NCBI GenBank assembly: GCA_965230295.1
Contig: OZ246001.1
Coordinates: 2,208,001 to 2,272,000 of the forward strand
DNA from: Marinicella sp.
GTDB taxonomy: Bacteria > Pseudomonadota > Gammaproteobacteria > Xanthomonadales > Marinicellaceae
Length of the DNA stretch: 64,000 nucleotides
Direction of reading: 5' to 3'
The notes beneath the pieces are model-generated. The model saw nothing but the letters and a program-made list of their open reading frames with translations, had not been told where the DNA came from and ran no database searches. The translations under genes were made by a program, and so were the position numbers. Shown piece by piece: positions 1-10,671 of the stretch. Within the stretch, counting starts at the first letter, position 1. Every line of letters starts with the position of its first letter.

Positions 1-2441
1 AGTTATCTCCGTATGATGTGACTTTAGGTAACTTCACTGGTGCCAACATCAATGCCATTACTAAATCTGGAACGAATGAGTTTACAGGCAGAGTTTCTGG
101 TTTTTATGGTAATGAAGATTTGCAACGAGATGACGCTGATTTCACCAAAGAAATTTACTCAGTTAGCGTTGGTGGACCGATAGTGAAAGATAAGTTGTTT
201 TACTTTCTGTCCTACGAAAAAGAAGAAACCACTACATTGGCGCCCATAACGGACATTGATACTTCTCAGGTTCAGCAAATTGCTGACATTGCATTGAATA
301 CATGGGGTTTTGACGCTGGAACTTTTAATCCTCCCTCTGATCTGGTGACTGAAGAAGAATCAGTCATTTTAAAAATAGATTGGAACATCAATGATTACCA
401 CCGAGCTTCATTTAAGTACCAAAACAATGAAGACAGCCAGCCGGTTTTTCCAGATTTTAACCGCACAAGAGCTGCCTTGAGCTCCCACTGGTATTCTAAT
501 AATTTTGAAAACACGTCCTATAATTTGAATTTATACAGTGACTGGACACCTAACTTCTCTACTGAGATTCGTGTATCTAATACAGAGTTCGATAAAGTTC
601 CTGGATTGAACGCGCGTTTGCCAGAAGTTGAAATCAGGGGTATCAATGTACTTGATGATGATGGCAGTGTTGATGGAACGTTTGGCCGGGTTTATTTAGG
701 TACTGAAGAGTTCCGTCATGCCAACACTCTGAATGCAGTAACAGATAATGTCTATATTGAAGGTGAGTACTTCATGGGTAACCACACTTTGACTTTTGGT
801 GTGGATTGGCGTGAACAAGACTTAGATAACGTGTTCGTATTTTCTTCATTGGGTAAATACGTTTTTGATAACATTGAAGATTTCCAAAACGGCATCCATG
901 ATTTTTACCAATACAGAATTGGTTCAGATCCAGCCAACCCGTTTCCAGGTGCAGATTGGGCTTGGAACAACACAGCATTGTTTATTCAGGATAACTGGAC
1001 TGTTAATGATCGTTTGACTTTACAGTTTGGTTTGAGGTTTGATAAGCCAGATACAGATGACCGTCCTCGGTTCAACCAAGAATTCAATGATGCATTCGGT
1101 TTTGCTAACAACGGTGTTGTGAGTGAGGGTACGTTGCAGCCAAGATTTGGTTTCAATTATGACATGTCTGACGAACGCTATATGCAGTTGCGTGGTGGTG
1201 TCGGTGTGTTTACAGGCGGTACACCCAATGTGTGGTTGTCTAACTCATTTACTAACACGGGTGGAGATGTCAATGTGTTCAGAGATTTTGGTACCCCAGG
1301 TATCTTCACACCTGATCCAGACAACCAACCAGTGTTTGAAGGTAACGCAACACAAGATGTTGACGTCCTGGATCCGGATTTCCAAATCCCTACCGTGTTG
1401 AAATCTAACATTGCTGTTGATGCAGAGTTACCCTGGTTTGGTTTGATCGGCTCGGTAGAGTTGGAATACATCAAAGCTCAAGATGCTGTGTTTTTCCAGC
1501 ATTTAAATCTGGGAGATCCCACAGGTACAGCACCTGATGGACGTCTTTCTTATTTATGTGACCCCAATGATTTTTCTAATCAACGAGGTGATGCAAGATG
1601 TAACAACAACGGTGACTTTAATGATGTGTTGTTCTTAACCAACACCAGCAAAGGCGAAACCAAACGTGCCACTGTAAGTTTGGAATTGCCTCAAACTGAA
1701 CATTGGTATGCCAAAGCGTCTTATACTTATACCGATGCCACAGAAGTGAGTGCTGGAACCTCTTCTCGTGCCATTTCAAACTGGAACAACACACCGGCAT
1801 TCAACCCCAATGAAGCACTGGTGGCGACATCAGCTTATGAGGTTGAAAATGCCTTCACATTCTTTGTGAACTACCAAAACATGTTCTTTGGTGATAACTA
1901 CACCAACATCGGTTTGGTGTGGATTTCTCAAGATGGCGAGCCATTCTCATACACTTTTGATGACACAGACTTTAACGGTGACGGTGTTGATGACAATGAC
2001 TTAGTCTATGTGCCTAACCCTGGTGAGTATGCCTTAACTTTAAATGGAGCGCCAGAAGGGGTTACATTGGACCAGTGGACAGCTCAATTTGAAGCATTCT
2101 TGAATTCTTCAGGTTTGGGTCAATACCGCGGCCGAGTAGCTGCTCGTAATGCGTTCAAGGCACCGAGGGTTAACACCTGGGATTTGAATGTGTCGCAAGA
2201 ATTGCCAGCTTGGGGCCCGGTAAGAGCCACCTTATTCTTCAATGTGAAGAACTTGGGTAACCTGCTTAACAGTGACTGGGGCAAGTCATTCGTTGGTGGA
2301 TTTGATGGTGAAGATGTGTACGAACTAGATAGCTTTGAAGATGGCGTATACACTCTAAACTGGAACGGTCCCACAGAATTGAACGAAAGACGACTGGCGT
2401 CACAATGGCGTGCTCAAGTTGGTTTCCGTTTAGATTGGTAA
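1..2441 (+). CDS. TonB-dependent receptor, Oar-like (5' end outside window)
   Basis: Frame is open from the window edge (LSPYDVTLGNFTGANINAITKSGTN, typical Oar plug/barrel junction); FIQDNW..LTLQFGLRFD, QPRFGFNYD, C-terminal aromatic beta strand QVGFRLDW. Confidence 0.92.
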   Translation, partial: LSPYDVTLGNFTGANINAITKSGTNEFTGRVSGFYGNEDLQRDDADFTKEIYSVSVGGPIVKDKLFYFLSYEKEETTTLAPITDIDTSQVQQIADIALNTWGFDAGTFNPPSDLVTEEESVILKIDWNINDYHRASFKYQNNEDSQPVFPDFNRTRAALSSHWYSNNFENTSYNLNLYSDWTPNFSTEIRVSNTEFDKVPGLNARLPEVEIRGINVLDDDGSVDGTFGRVYLGTEEFRHANTLNAVTDNVYIEGEYFMGNHTLTFGVDWREQDLDNVFVFSSLGKYVFDNIEDFQNGIHDFYQYRIGSDPANPFPGADWAWNNTALFIQDNWTVNDRLTLQFGLRFDKPDTDDRPRFNQEFNDAFGFANNGVVSEGTLQPRFGFNYDMSDERYMQLRGGVGVFTGGTPNVWLSNSFTNTGGDVNVFRDFGTPGIFTPDPDNQPVFEGNATQDVDVLDPDFQIPTVLKSNIAVDAELPWFGLIGSVELEYIKAQDAVFFQHLNLGDPTGTAPDGRLSYLCDPNDFSNQRGDARCNNNGDFNDVLFLTNTSKGETKRATVSLELPQTEHWYAKASYTYTDATEVSAGTSSRAISNWNNTPAFNPNEALVATSAYEVENAFTFFVNYQNMFFGDNYTNIGLVWISQDGEPFSYTFDDTDFNGDGVDDNDLVYVPNPGEYALTLNGAPEGVTLDQWTAQFEAFLNSSGLGQYRGRVAARNAFKAPRVNTWDLNVSQELPAWGPVRATLFFNVKNLGNLLNSDWGKSFVGGFDGEDVYELDSFEDGVYTLNWNGPTELNERRLASQWRAQVGFRLDW

Positions 2442-2466
2442 TCAGTTAAGACATTGTCTTATTAAG

Positions 2467-2497
2467 AAAAGGGTGGCTTATAAGTCACCCTTTTTTT
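2467..2497 (+). terminator. Intrinsic terminator
   Basis: AAAAGGGTGGCTTA/TAAGTCACCC hairpin followed by T7. Confidence 0.85.
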
Positions 2498-2549
2498 ATG
2501 CCAGCCTTTAAAATAATGCATGAATATTTAACCAAAACCGGAAAGTCCC

Positions 2550-3791
2550 ATGAGCTTATTTGATTTGATTTCAATCCTGTTGTCTCTGGCAGCCTTGTTT
2601 GCCTATTTCAACCACCGATTCATCGGGCTGCCCAATGGCATTGGCATCATGATGATTGGCCTGTTGATGTCGTTGTTCTTGGTGTTGTTGCATAAGTTAG
2701 GTTGGGTGCAAAGTCGAATTGTCGAAGAAACATTTGCACAAATTGATTTTGATGACACCGTGATGAATGGCATGTTGAGCTTTTTGTTGTTTGCTGGTGC
2801 TTTGCATGTCAACATCAACCGCTTGGCAGCAATGAAAGACACCATCGCGACCTTGGCCACCTTGGGTGTGATCATGTCTTCGATCATTGTCAGTGTGGCG
2901 AGTTTTTATATATTTCTATTGTTCGATATCAACATCCCTTATATCTATTGTCTGGTGTTTGGAGTCTTGATCTCTCCGACTGATCCTATAGCCGTAATGG
3001 GAATTTTAAAAAAGGTGGGTGCGCCAAAATCCATAGAAGTCAAAATAACCGGTGAATCATTGTTCAATGACGGTATAGCCGTGGTTTTATTCATTGCCGT
3101 TTTGGGCGTGGCCACGGGTCAATCTGAAGCCACAGTTTCAGGCATAGGTCTGTTGTTTCTACAAGAGGCAGTTGGTGGGGCTGTTTTTGGTTTCTTGCTG
3201 GGATTTGTTGGGTATTGGATGCTTAAGTCGATTGACTCGTATCAAGTTGAGGTTTTGATCACCATGGCCATGGTAACTGGCGGATATGCACTGGCCCAGA
3301 AATTGCATTTGTCTGGCCCAATAGCCATTGTTATTGCAGGCTTAATGATCGGTAATCAAGGTCGGTTGTTGGCCATGAGTGACACCACTCGTGAACGTTT
3401 GGATAATTTTTGGGAATTGGTTGATGAGGTGCTCAATGCTGTATTGTTCTTGTTGATAGGTATTGAAATACTGTTGATCCAATTCTTACCTAATTACATA
3501 TACAGTGCGTTGTTAATCATTCCATTGGTACTCATGGCGAGGTTCGTCAGTGTGGGCTTGCCAGTCACGCTGTTGCGTTTTAAGAACACCTATTCTCCCC
3601 ATGCCATAAAAATCCTCACATGGGGCGGATTGCGGGGTGGTATATCGGTGGCCTTGGTGTTGTCCTTACCACCAGGTCCCTATCGAGAACCTTTGATCGC
3701 TGCCACATATGCGGTGGTGTTGTTCAGTATTTTGGTACAAGGTTTGACTGTAGGAAAAGTGGCAGCAATGGCAAAAACAGAGAATGATTAG
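2550..3791 (+). CDS. nhaP: CPA1-family Na+/H+ antiporter (NhaP-like)
   Basis: ~12 TM helices; SPTDPIAV, GESLFNDG and WGGLRGGIS motifs. Confidence 0.9.
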   Translation: MSLFDLISILLSLAALFAYFNHRFIGLPNGIGIMMIGLLMSLFLVLLHKLGWVQSRIVEETFAQIDFDDTVMNGMLSFLLFAGALHVNINRLAAMKDTIATLATLGVIMSSIIVSVASFYIFLLFDINIPYIYCLVFGVLISPTDPIAVMGILKKVGAPKSIEVKITGESLFNDGIAVVLFIAVLGVATGQSEATVSGIGLLFLQEAVGGAVFGFLLGFVGYWMLKSIDSYQVEVLITMAMVTGGYALAQKLHLSGPIAIVIAGLMIGNQGRLLAMSDTTRERLDNFWELVDEVLNAVLFLLIGIEILLIQFLPNYIYSALLIIPLVLMARFVSVGLPVTLLRFKNTYSPHAIKILTWGGLRGGISVALVLSLPPGPYREPLIAATYAVVLFSILVQGLTVGKVAAMAKTEND

Positions 3792-3841
3792 AAGATATAT
3801 TTTTTATAAATAAACTAATTTTCCTGGCTGAGTAATAACAG

Positions 3842-3869
3842 TTGCAAAAACAAAAATACATAGTACAAT
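3842..3869 (+). promoter_or_regulatory. sigma70 promoter for tRNA-fMet/nusA operon
   Basis: TTGCAA (3842-3847), 16 nt spacer, TACAAT (3864-3869), 15 nt upstream of the tRNA. Confidence 0.7.
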
Positions 3870-3884
3870 ATGCCATCTTGATGA

Positions 3885-3961
<77 letters not shown>

Positions 3962-3995
3962 ATTGATTGATCGACAGTATAACGATCAAACAGTC

Positions 3996-4018
3996 AGGCT
4001 CCAAGTGGAGCCTTTTTT
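3996..4018 (+). terminator. Terminator/attenuator after tRNA
   Basis: AGGCTCC-AAGT-GGAGCCT hairpin followed by T run. Confidence 0.8.
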
Positions 4019-4112
4019 GTTGCTGAAATTCATTGATTGGTGAGGCGACAATCCTGTCTGCATTTCACCTTCCTGAATTCATCACAACACAACAAACACA
4101 GTAGTAAAGTTG

Positions 4113-4577
4113 ATGAAAGAAAAACTGTTATCAGAACTGATTTCACCCGTGATTGAAGACATGGGCTTTGTTTTTTGGGGCCTGGAATACATGCCACAAA
4201 AAAACAATGCCATCTTGCGGGTTTACATTGACCATGAAAACGGGGTTAATGTGAACGACTGTGCCAACTGTAGTCACGAAATATCTGGTCTTCTGGAAGT
4301 GGAAGATCCCATCAACGGTGCTTATGTTCTTGAGGTGTCTTCTCCAGGGCTGGATCGGGTGTTGTTCACTGTTGATCAATTTAAAAATTATGTGGGTGAG
4401 TTTGTTCAAGTTAAATTGGCTCAACCCGTTTCAGGTGCCAGAAACATCAAAGGCACCATTAAATCAGTTAGTGACGATGAAATCATCGTTGCCAACGAAG
4501 TCACAGAGTATGGCTTTGAACTAACCAATGTAATGAAAGCTCGGTTGAAACCAACGATAGCTGGAGTGAAAAAATGA
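4113..4577 (+). CDS. rimP: Ribosome maturation factor RimP
   Basis: LRVYID, YVLEVSSPGLDR motifs; position upstream of nusA. Confidence 0.96.
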   Translation: MKEKLLSELISPVIEDMGFVFWGLEYMPQKNNAILRVYIDHENGVNVNDCANCSHEISGLLEVEDPINGAYVLEVSSPGLDRVLFTVDQFKNYVGEFVQVKLAQPVSGARNIKGTIKSVSDDEIIVANEVTEYGFELTNVMKARLKPTIAGVKK

Positions 4578-6055
4578 GTAGAGAAATCCTGTATGTTGCA
4601 GAGGCTTTGTCCAACGAGAAAGGCGTCAGTCGCGACGTGATTTTTGAGGCCATTGAATTGGCCCTGGCATCAGCCACCCGCAAGAAACACATGAAAGACA
4701 TGGATGTGCGGGTAGATATTGATCGCACCACTGGTGAATATGACAGCTACCGTCGATGGACTGTGGTTGAAGATGAAGAGTTCGAGTCAGAAGATCGAGA
4801 GCTCACTTTGGAACAAGCCCACAAAGAAGACCCGGAGTTGGTCATTGGTGATGTCATCGAAGAACAAATGGAATCGGTAGAATTTGGCCGGATTGCAGCT
4901 CAAACTGCCAAGCAAGTGATTTTACAAAAAGTCCGTGAAGCCGAACGTGAACAAGTGGTTGAAATGTATGAAGACCGCATTGGTGAAGTGCTCTCAGGTA
5001 TCGTTAAGCGAGTGGAACGTGGCCATGTGTTTATTGATGTGGGCGGTGGTGTTGAAGCCATTGTGCCTCGTGAATATGGCATTCCTCGTGAAAAAGTAAA
5101 ACGCGGTGATCGACTGAAAGGCCTGTTGGTTGAAGTCAACCGGTTGAACAGGGGTCCGATCCTGACCTTGTCGAGAAAATCACCTGAATTCATGATTGAA
5201 TTATTCAAGGTAGAAGTGCCGGAAATATCACAAGGTTTTTTGGAAATCAAAGGAGCTGCACGTGATCCAGGCCATCGCGCTAAAATAGCGGTGTTTTCAC
5301 ATGATCGTAAATTAGATCCCATCGGTGCATGTGTAGGCATGCGAGGCTCTCGAGTGATGTCAGTAGCCAATGAGTTGGGTGGTGAAAGAATTGATATCAT
5401 TTTATGGGATGAAAATACAGCACAATTCATGATCAATGCCATGTCACCGGCTGAAATTGAGTCCATTGTGGTTGATGAAGAAAAGAACACCATTGATGTG
5501 GCCGTGGCTGAAGCACAGTTGTCACAAGCCATTGGGCGTGGTGGGCAGAATGTGAGGTTGGCCAGTGAGTTGACTGGATGGGAAATCAATGTGTTGACCA
5601 CAGCCCAGGCTGAAGAGAAGAATGAAGCTGAAGCCATGGAATTCGTGAAGGAGTATGAGGAGAAACTGGACGTCGATGAAGACATGGCGATCATGTTGGT
5701 TCAGGAAGGTTTTTCTTCGATAGAAGAAATTGCCTATGTTGATGAATCTGAGTTACTTAATATCGATGGATTCGATGAGGACTTGGTTGAAGAGCTCAGG
5801 GGTCGAGCTCGAGACGCGTTGTTAACTCAAATGATTGCCAACGAAGAAAAGTTAGAAGACAAAAAACCTGCTGAAGACATGTTGGGTTTAGAGTTGATGA
5901 ATGATAAATTAGCCTATGTGTTGGCTGATAAAGGTATCAGAACCAGAGATGACTTGGCCGATTTGGCCACAGATGAGTTGCTGGAGTTGGTGGACATGGA
6001 AGAAGCTGCTGCTTCAGACTTGATCATGGAAGCCAGAAAACATTGGTTCGAATAA
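4574..6055 (+). CDS. nusA: Transcription termination/antitermination factor NusA
   Basis: [30 protein letters not shown]; S1/KH domains and acidic repeats. Confidence 0.98.
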   Translation: MSREILYVAEALSNEKGVSRDVIFEAIELALASATRKKHMKDMDVRVDIDRTTGEYDSYRRWTVVEDEEFESEDRELTLEQAHKEDPELVIGDVIEEQMESVEFGRIAAQTAKQVILQKVREAEREQVVEMYEDRIGEVLSGIVKRVERGHVFIDVGGGVEAIVPREYGIPREKVKRGDRLKGLLVEVNRLNRGPILTLSRKSPEFMIELFKVEVPEISQGFLEIKGAARDPGHRAKIAVFSHDRKLDPIGACVGMRGSRVMSVANELGGERIDIILWDENTAQFMINAMSPAEIESIVVDEEKNTIDVAVAEAQLSQAIGRGGQNVRLASELTGWEINVLTTAQAEEKNEAEAMEFVKEYEEKLDVDEDMAIMLVQEGFSSIEEIAYVDESELLNIDGFDEDLVEELRGRARDALLTQMIANEEKLEDKKPAEDMLGLELMNDKLAYVLADKGIRTRDDLADLATDELLELVDMEEAAASDLIMEARKHWFE

Positions 6056-6071
6056 AAAACAACAGGAGACG

Positions 6072-8792
6072 ATGATGTCTGATGTGACAGTAAAACAATT
6101 GGCTGGGGTGCTGGGAATCTCTACAGAAAAACTGATGGAGCAATTAGACAGTGCGGGCATCCCTGCAAAGTCTGAAGATGATGCCATCAGCAATGAATCA
6201 AAAGTAAAACTTTTGGAATTCCTGCGCGGCTCACATGGCAAAGAAAAGAAAAGCCTGTCTCCACGCAAAAAAGTCGTGCTGAAAAGAAAATCTAAAGAAG
6301 TGCTGCGGGTTGCCAGCGCTGGTAGTGGTCCTGCCAAAACCAAAAGCATCAACATCGAAGTTAAAAAGAAAAAGTTGACTGCGGGTCCAAGCCAAAAAGA
6401 AATGGCTGAGATCGAACAAGAAAGGCAGGCTGCCCAACAGGCTTTGGATGAAAGGAAACAACAACTTGAGGCTGAGGAGAAAGCCAAGCAAGCGGCAGAA
6501 GAAGCCTTACTGTCACAACAGAAAGAAGAACAAAGGGTGGCTGAAGAAGCGGCCGCTAAAGCCAAAGAAGTTGAAGAACAAGAACGGTTGGCATTAGAAA
6601 AAGAACAAGAAGAAATGCGCCGTCAAGATGAAGCGCAAAGTAAATTTGAAGCTGAATTGGAGCAAACTGGCAAAAGTTCGGAGCCAGAACAAGCCGAAGC
6701 TGAAACACCAGCAGAGCCTGCAGAAGAAGTTCTGGATGAAGAAGCTGAGAAGAAAAAACGCCATGATGATTTGGTCAATCAACAGGTGCAAAAGGCCATT
6801 ACTGAACGAGCCAACCGCAAGAAAAGGGAGCAAAGTGGCAATGCCGGTGCTGGTGCCGGAGCAGGGAACAAAGGTAAAGGTAAAGGCGATAAAAGGTCAA
6901 ATACCCGATACGGCCGCAAACAACTGCATGTCCAAGGTGGATCTCATGGACGTGGTGAGCGCAAAGCCATGCGACCAGTCTCAGCCAGTAAAGGCGAACA
7001 TGGTTTCCAATTACCAGCTGCCCCGGTCGTTAAAACAGTGGCGATTCCTGAAAACATCACCGTTTCGGATTTGGCCAAAGAATTGTCAATCAAAGCCAGT
7101 GACATCATCAAAGTATTGATGAAGATGGGCATGATGGTCACTATCAACCAACCATTGGATCAGGACACAGCCATTTTGGTTGTTGAAGAATTGGGCCATG
7201 TTGCAGAAGAAGCCGTGGTTCAATCAAAAGCAGAAAAACTCAAAGAAGAATCTGCCAAATCTGTTGACACTGAAAATGCAGAAATTCGTCCACCAGTGGT
7301 GACAGTGATGGGACACGTGGATCATGGTAAAACGTCCTTATTGGACTACATCAGAAACACCAAAGTCACTGACAAAGAAGCCGGTGGTATTACCCAACAC
7401 ATCGGTGCTTACCATGTGGAAACGGACAAAGGTGTCATTTCATTCATTGATACCCCAGGCCATGCTGCGTTTACGGCCATGCGTGCCCGTGGTGCACAAG
7501 TCACTGACATTGTGATTTTGGTGGTGGCAGCCAATGATGGTGTGATGCCACAAACCAAAGAAGGTATCGAGCATGCCAAAGCAGCCGGAGTGCCTTTGAT
7601 CGTTGCTGTTAACAAAGTGGACTTGGCAGAAGCCAATGTTGAAAAAGTTAAACAAGATTTAGCCAGTTATGAAGTGGTGCCTGAAGATTGGGGCGGCGAT
7701 GTCCAATTCATTGAAGTCTCTGCCATCACAGGTCAGGGTATTGATGATTTATTGGATGCCATCTCACTACAAGCAGAAGTGATGGAGCTCAAAGCCGTTA
7801 AAGATTCGAGCGCTGCAGGCATTGTGGTTGAGTCTTCTCTGGATAAAGGACGTGGCCCGGTAGCCACCGTATTGGTTAAGAGTGGAACCTTGAAAAAAGG
7901 CGACATGATCCTGTGTGGTGAACAATTTGGTCGCATCAGAAGTTTGATCGATGAAAATGGCAAAGAAATCAACACCGCCGGTCCTTCAATACCCGCCGTG
8001 GTATTGGGCTTGTCAGGAGTGCCGATTGCCGGTGATGAATTCCTGGTGGTCAAAAACAAAAAACATGCCAGAGAGGCCGCTCAAGAACACCGTGAACAAG
8101 AACGTGAGACCCGACTGAAACGTCAACAAGCGGCCAAGCTTGAAAATTTGATGTCACAAATGGGCAAAGAAGAAAAACTATCTGTTAATTTGTTGGTCAA
8201 GGCTGATGTACAAGGTTCAGTTGAAGCTTTGCGAGAGTCACTGGAAAGAATTTCTAATGAAGACGTTGATGTCAAAGTCATCTCATCCGGTGTGGGTGGC
8301 ATCACCAATGCCGATGCCCAACTGGCAGCAGCATCAAGTGCGATCATCATTGGCTTCAACGTACGTGCCGACAAAGCAGCGCGTGAATTCATCAAAGAAA
8401 GTGATTTGGATCTTCACTACTTCAGCATCATTTATGAAGCGATCGACCAAGTGAAACAGTCGGTTACTGGTATTTTGGGTACTGAAGTCAAAGAAGAAAT
8501 CATTGGTATCGCTGATGTCAGGGATGTGTTCAGATCTTCTAAATTCGGCACCATTGCCGGTTGTTTGGTATCAGAAGGTGTGGTTCGACGTGACAATCCA
8601 ATACGCGTTTTGCGAGACAATGTGGTTATCTTCGAAGGTGAACTGGAATCACTGCGTCGTCACAAAGACGATGTCAAAGAAGTTAAGTCTGGTACTGAGT
8701 GTGGTATTGGTGTAAAACAATACAATGACGTTCAACCTGGTGATCAAATTGAATGTTATGAACGCATCGAAGTCCAAAGAACTTTGGATTGA
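6072..8792 (+). CDS. infB: Translation initiation factor IF-2
   Basis: [31 protein letters not shown] GTPase motifs. Confidence 0.99.
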   Translation: MMSDVTVKQLAGVLGISTEKLMEQLDSAGIPAKSEDDAISNESKVKLLEFLRGSHGKEKKSLSPRKKVVLKRKSKEVLRVASAGSGPAKTKSINIEVKKKKLTAGPSQKEMAEIEQERQAAQQALDERKQQLEAEEKAKQAAEEALLSQQKEEQRVAEEAAAKAKEVEEQERLALEKEQEEMRRQDEAQSKFEAELEQTGKSSEPEQAEAETPAEPAEEVLDEEAEKKKRHDDLVNQQVQKAITERANRKKREQSGNAGAGAGAGNKGKGKGDKRSNTRYGRKQLHVQGGSHGRGERKAMRPVSASKGEHGFQLPAAPVVKTVAIPENITVSDLAKELSIKASDIIKVLMKMGMMVTINQPLDQDTAILVVEELGHVAEEAVVQSKAEKLKEESAKSVDTENAEIRPPVVTVMGHVDHGKTSLLDYIRNTKVTDKEAGGITQHIGAYHVETDKGVISFIDTPGHAAFTAMRARGAQVTDIVILVVAANDGVMPQTKEGIEHAKAAGVPLIVAVNKVDLAEANVEKVKQDLASYEVVPEDWGGDVQFIEVSAITGQGIDDLLDAISLQAEVMELKAVKDSSAAGIVVESSLDKGRGPVATVLVKSGTLKKGDMILCGEQFGRIRSLIDENGKEINTAGPSIPAVVLGLSGVPIAGDEFLVVKNKKHAREAAQEHREQERETRLKRQQAAKLENLMSQMGKEEKLSVNLLVKADVQGSVEALRESLERISNEDVDVKVISSGVGGITNADAQLAAASSAIIIGFNVRADKAAREFIKESDLDLHYFSIIYEAIDQVKQSVTGILGTEVKEEIIGIADVRDVFRSSKFGTIAGCLVSEGVVRRDNPIRVLRDNVVIFEGELESLRRHKDDVKEVKSGTECGIGVKQYNDVQPGDQIECYERIEVQRTLD

Positions 8793-8816
8793 TTGAGTCA
8801 GTACAGGTTTAGAATT

Positions 8817-9194
8817 ATGGGACACAGAGATTTTAAAAGGAGCGACCGGGTGGCTGCACATTTGCGCCGCACCCTGGCCACAGCCATTCATCAGAATTTA
8901 CCAGATGAAGACACCTCCTTTATCACCATTTCAGATGTTGAAGTGACTCGCGATTTATCGGTGGCGACAGTTTATATCAACACCTTGGATCCATCACAAG
9001 AGAAGTTAGCCGTTCAAACCCTCAGTTTGAATGCCAAACAACTGAGAAGGGTCATGGCTCAACAATTGAACACCCGAAAAGTACCGGAGCTGCGTTTTAA
9101 GTACGATGCCTCTTTGGAGTATGGTCGCAAACTGGAACATTTGATTCAAAAAGCCCGGGCCACTGATCCCAATCTGACCGAAGAAGACTTGTAA
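8817..9194 (+). CDS. rbfA: 30S ribosome-binding factor RbfA
   Basis: RSDRVA, ITISDVEVTRDLSVA, VPELRFKYD; start placed at ATG 8817. Confidence 0.95.
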   Translation: MGHRDFKRSDRVAAHLRRTLATAIHQNLPDEDTSFITISDVEVTRDLSVATVYINTLDPSQEKLAVQTLSLNAKQLRRVMAQQLNTRKVPELRFKYDASLEYGRKLEHLIQKARATDPNLTEEDL

Positions 9195-9205
9195 GTTCAT
9201 GTCAA

Positions 9206-10144
9206 ATGGCTAACCACACATCAGCCAAGCGCAAGTACCCGGATTTACATGGCATCATTTTGCTGAATAAGCCCAAGGGCATCAGTTCAAACCTGGCCTT
9301 ACAAAAACTCAGGCACTTGGTCAAAGCCAAAAAAGCCGGACACACCGGAAACCTGGATCCGATGGCCACTGGTTTGTTGCCTTGTTGCTTTGGCGATGCC
9401 ACCAAAGTAGCCCACCTGTTGATCAATTCAGACAAGACCTACATCGCCCGCTGTGTGCTGGGCAGTCAAACCGATACCGGTGATGCCACTGGTGAAGTGA
9501 TCAAAACCCATGAATTGACACAAGTTTCTGATGAACAGGTTGAACAAGCCTGCGCCCAGCTGACAGGTGAGATTGAGCAAATTCCGCCGATGTACTCAGC
9601 CCTGCATCACAAAGGGCAGCGTTTGTATGACTTGGCCCGACAAGGCAAAACCGTAGAGCGGCCAGCCAGACCCGTCAGCATCCACCAGTTCAAGTTATTG
9701 GCAAACCATGCAGATTATATTGATTTTGAAATCAAGGTTTCGAAAGGCACATACATCAGGACACTGCTGGAAGATTTTGCCAGGCAGCTGGGTACTGTTG
9801 GGCACATGTCGGCACTACACCGCACCCAAACAGGCATTTTTTCAGGTGAAGACATGCTGACACTGGAACAAATTGCAGGCAGTCCTGATTTGGGCGGTAT
9901 TTTGATGCCGATGCAAAAGGCATTGATCGAATACCCCCAGCTGAACTTAACCCAGCAACAAACGCAGGATTTAATCCACGGTAAGCAAGTACAAATTACC
10001 GCCACAGAAGGTACTTATCAGATGCTTGATGAGGGTGGTTTTTTTATGGGCATAGGCTTGGTAAAAGGCAAACAATTACGGGTTAAAAACATTTACATGA
10101 AGTCTTATTTGCAAAGTCGTCAATTAAGCACTGATAATGCCTGA
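9206..10144 (+). CDS. truB: tRNA pseudouridine(55) synthase TruB
   Basis: KAGHTGNLDPMATG, QIPPMYSAL, SKGTYIRTL. Confidence 0.97.
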   Translation: MANHTSAKRKYPDLHGIILLNKPKGISSNLALQKLRHLVKAKKAGHTGNLDPMATGLLPCCFGDATKVAHLLINSDKTYIARCVLGSQTDTGDATGEVIKTHELTQVSDEQVEQACAQLTGEIEQIPPMYSALHHKGQRLYDLARQGKTVERPARPVSIHQFKLLANHADYIDFEIKVSKGTYIRTLLEDFARQLGTVGHMSALHRTQTGIFSGEDMLTLEQIAGSPDLGGILMPMQKALIEYPQLNLTQQQTQDLIHGKQVQITATEGTYQMLDEGGFFMGIGLVKGKQLRVKNIYMKSYLQSRQLSTDNA

Positions 10145-10160
10145 ATAACGTTGATAATCC

Positions 10161-10189
10161 TTGTTTTTGTGGTTTTTAGCATTTAGAAT
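10161..10189 (+). promoter_or_regulatory. sigma70 promoter for rpsO
   Basis: TTGTTT, 17 nt spacer, TAGAAT, then GC-rich discriminator ACGCCCC. Confidence 0.6.
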
Positions 10190-10287
10190 ACGCCCCACAT
10201 CTGAATGGCGCGACACGTCTGACGCCCATCCGGTATTTTTAACGGGCTTTATCCATCAAAAATGGGGCCCCTTCAACGAGAGCAATT

Positions 10288-10554
10288 ATGATTACAGTTG
10301 AACAAAGACAACAAATCATCAGTGATTACAAAACCAGTGACAACGACACCGGTTCACCTGAAGTGCAAGTGGCGTTATTGACAGCCCGCATCACGAATTT
10401 AACTGAGCATTTCAAAACCCATAAAAAAGACAAACATTCAAGACGTGGTTTGATCAAACTGATTAACCAACGTCGTAAATTATTGGCTTACACCAAGCGC
10501 AAAGACACTGCCAGGTATCAAGACCTGATCAAGCGTCTGGGCCTAAGAAGATAA
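10288..10554 (+). CDS. rpsO: 30S ribosomal protein S15
   Basis: [29 protein letters not shown]. Confidence 0.99.
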   Translation: MITVEQRQQIISDYKTSDNDTGSPEVQVALLTARITNLTEHFKTHKKDKHSRRGLIKLINQRRKLLAYTKRKDTARYQDLIKRLGLRR

Positions 10555-10567
10555 GACGTAAGTCATT

Positions 10568-10593
10568 AAAAACCCGCATTGGCGGGTTTTTTT
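10568..10593 (+). terminator. Intrinsic terminator after rpsO
   Basis: AAAACCCGC-ATTG-GCGGGTTTTTTT. Confidence 0.9.
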
Positions 10594-10671
10594 ATACCTG
10601 CTTGTTCATAGGGAACAGGTAGTCGGTAAGAAGAGAAAATAACAGACCAAAGTTAGGTCAGGAAAATATAA

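Noticed and set aside
3962-4110. tRNA as integration site for a genomic island
   Set aside because: No integrase or tRNA 3' duplication; rimP follows directly
4900-5694. 264-aa minus-strand ORF, and similar antisense ORFs across infB, pnp, qmcA, purH etc.
   Set aside because: Shadow frames of well-conserved genes; no recognisable motifs or RBS
6840-6890. GAGAGAG / GKGKG repeats in IF-2
   Set aside because: Ordinary low-complexity IF-2 N-terminal linker
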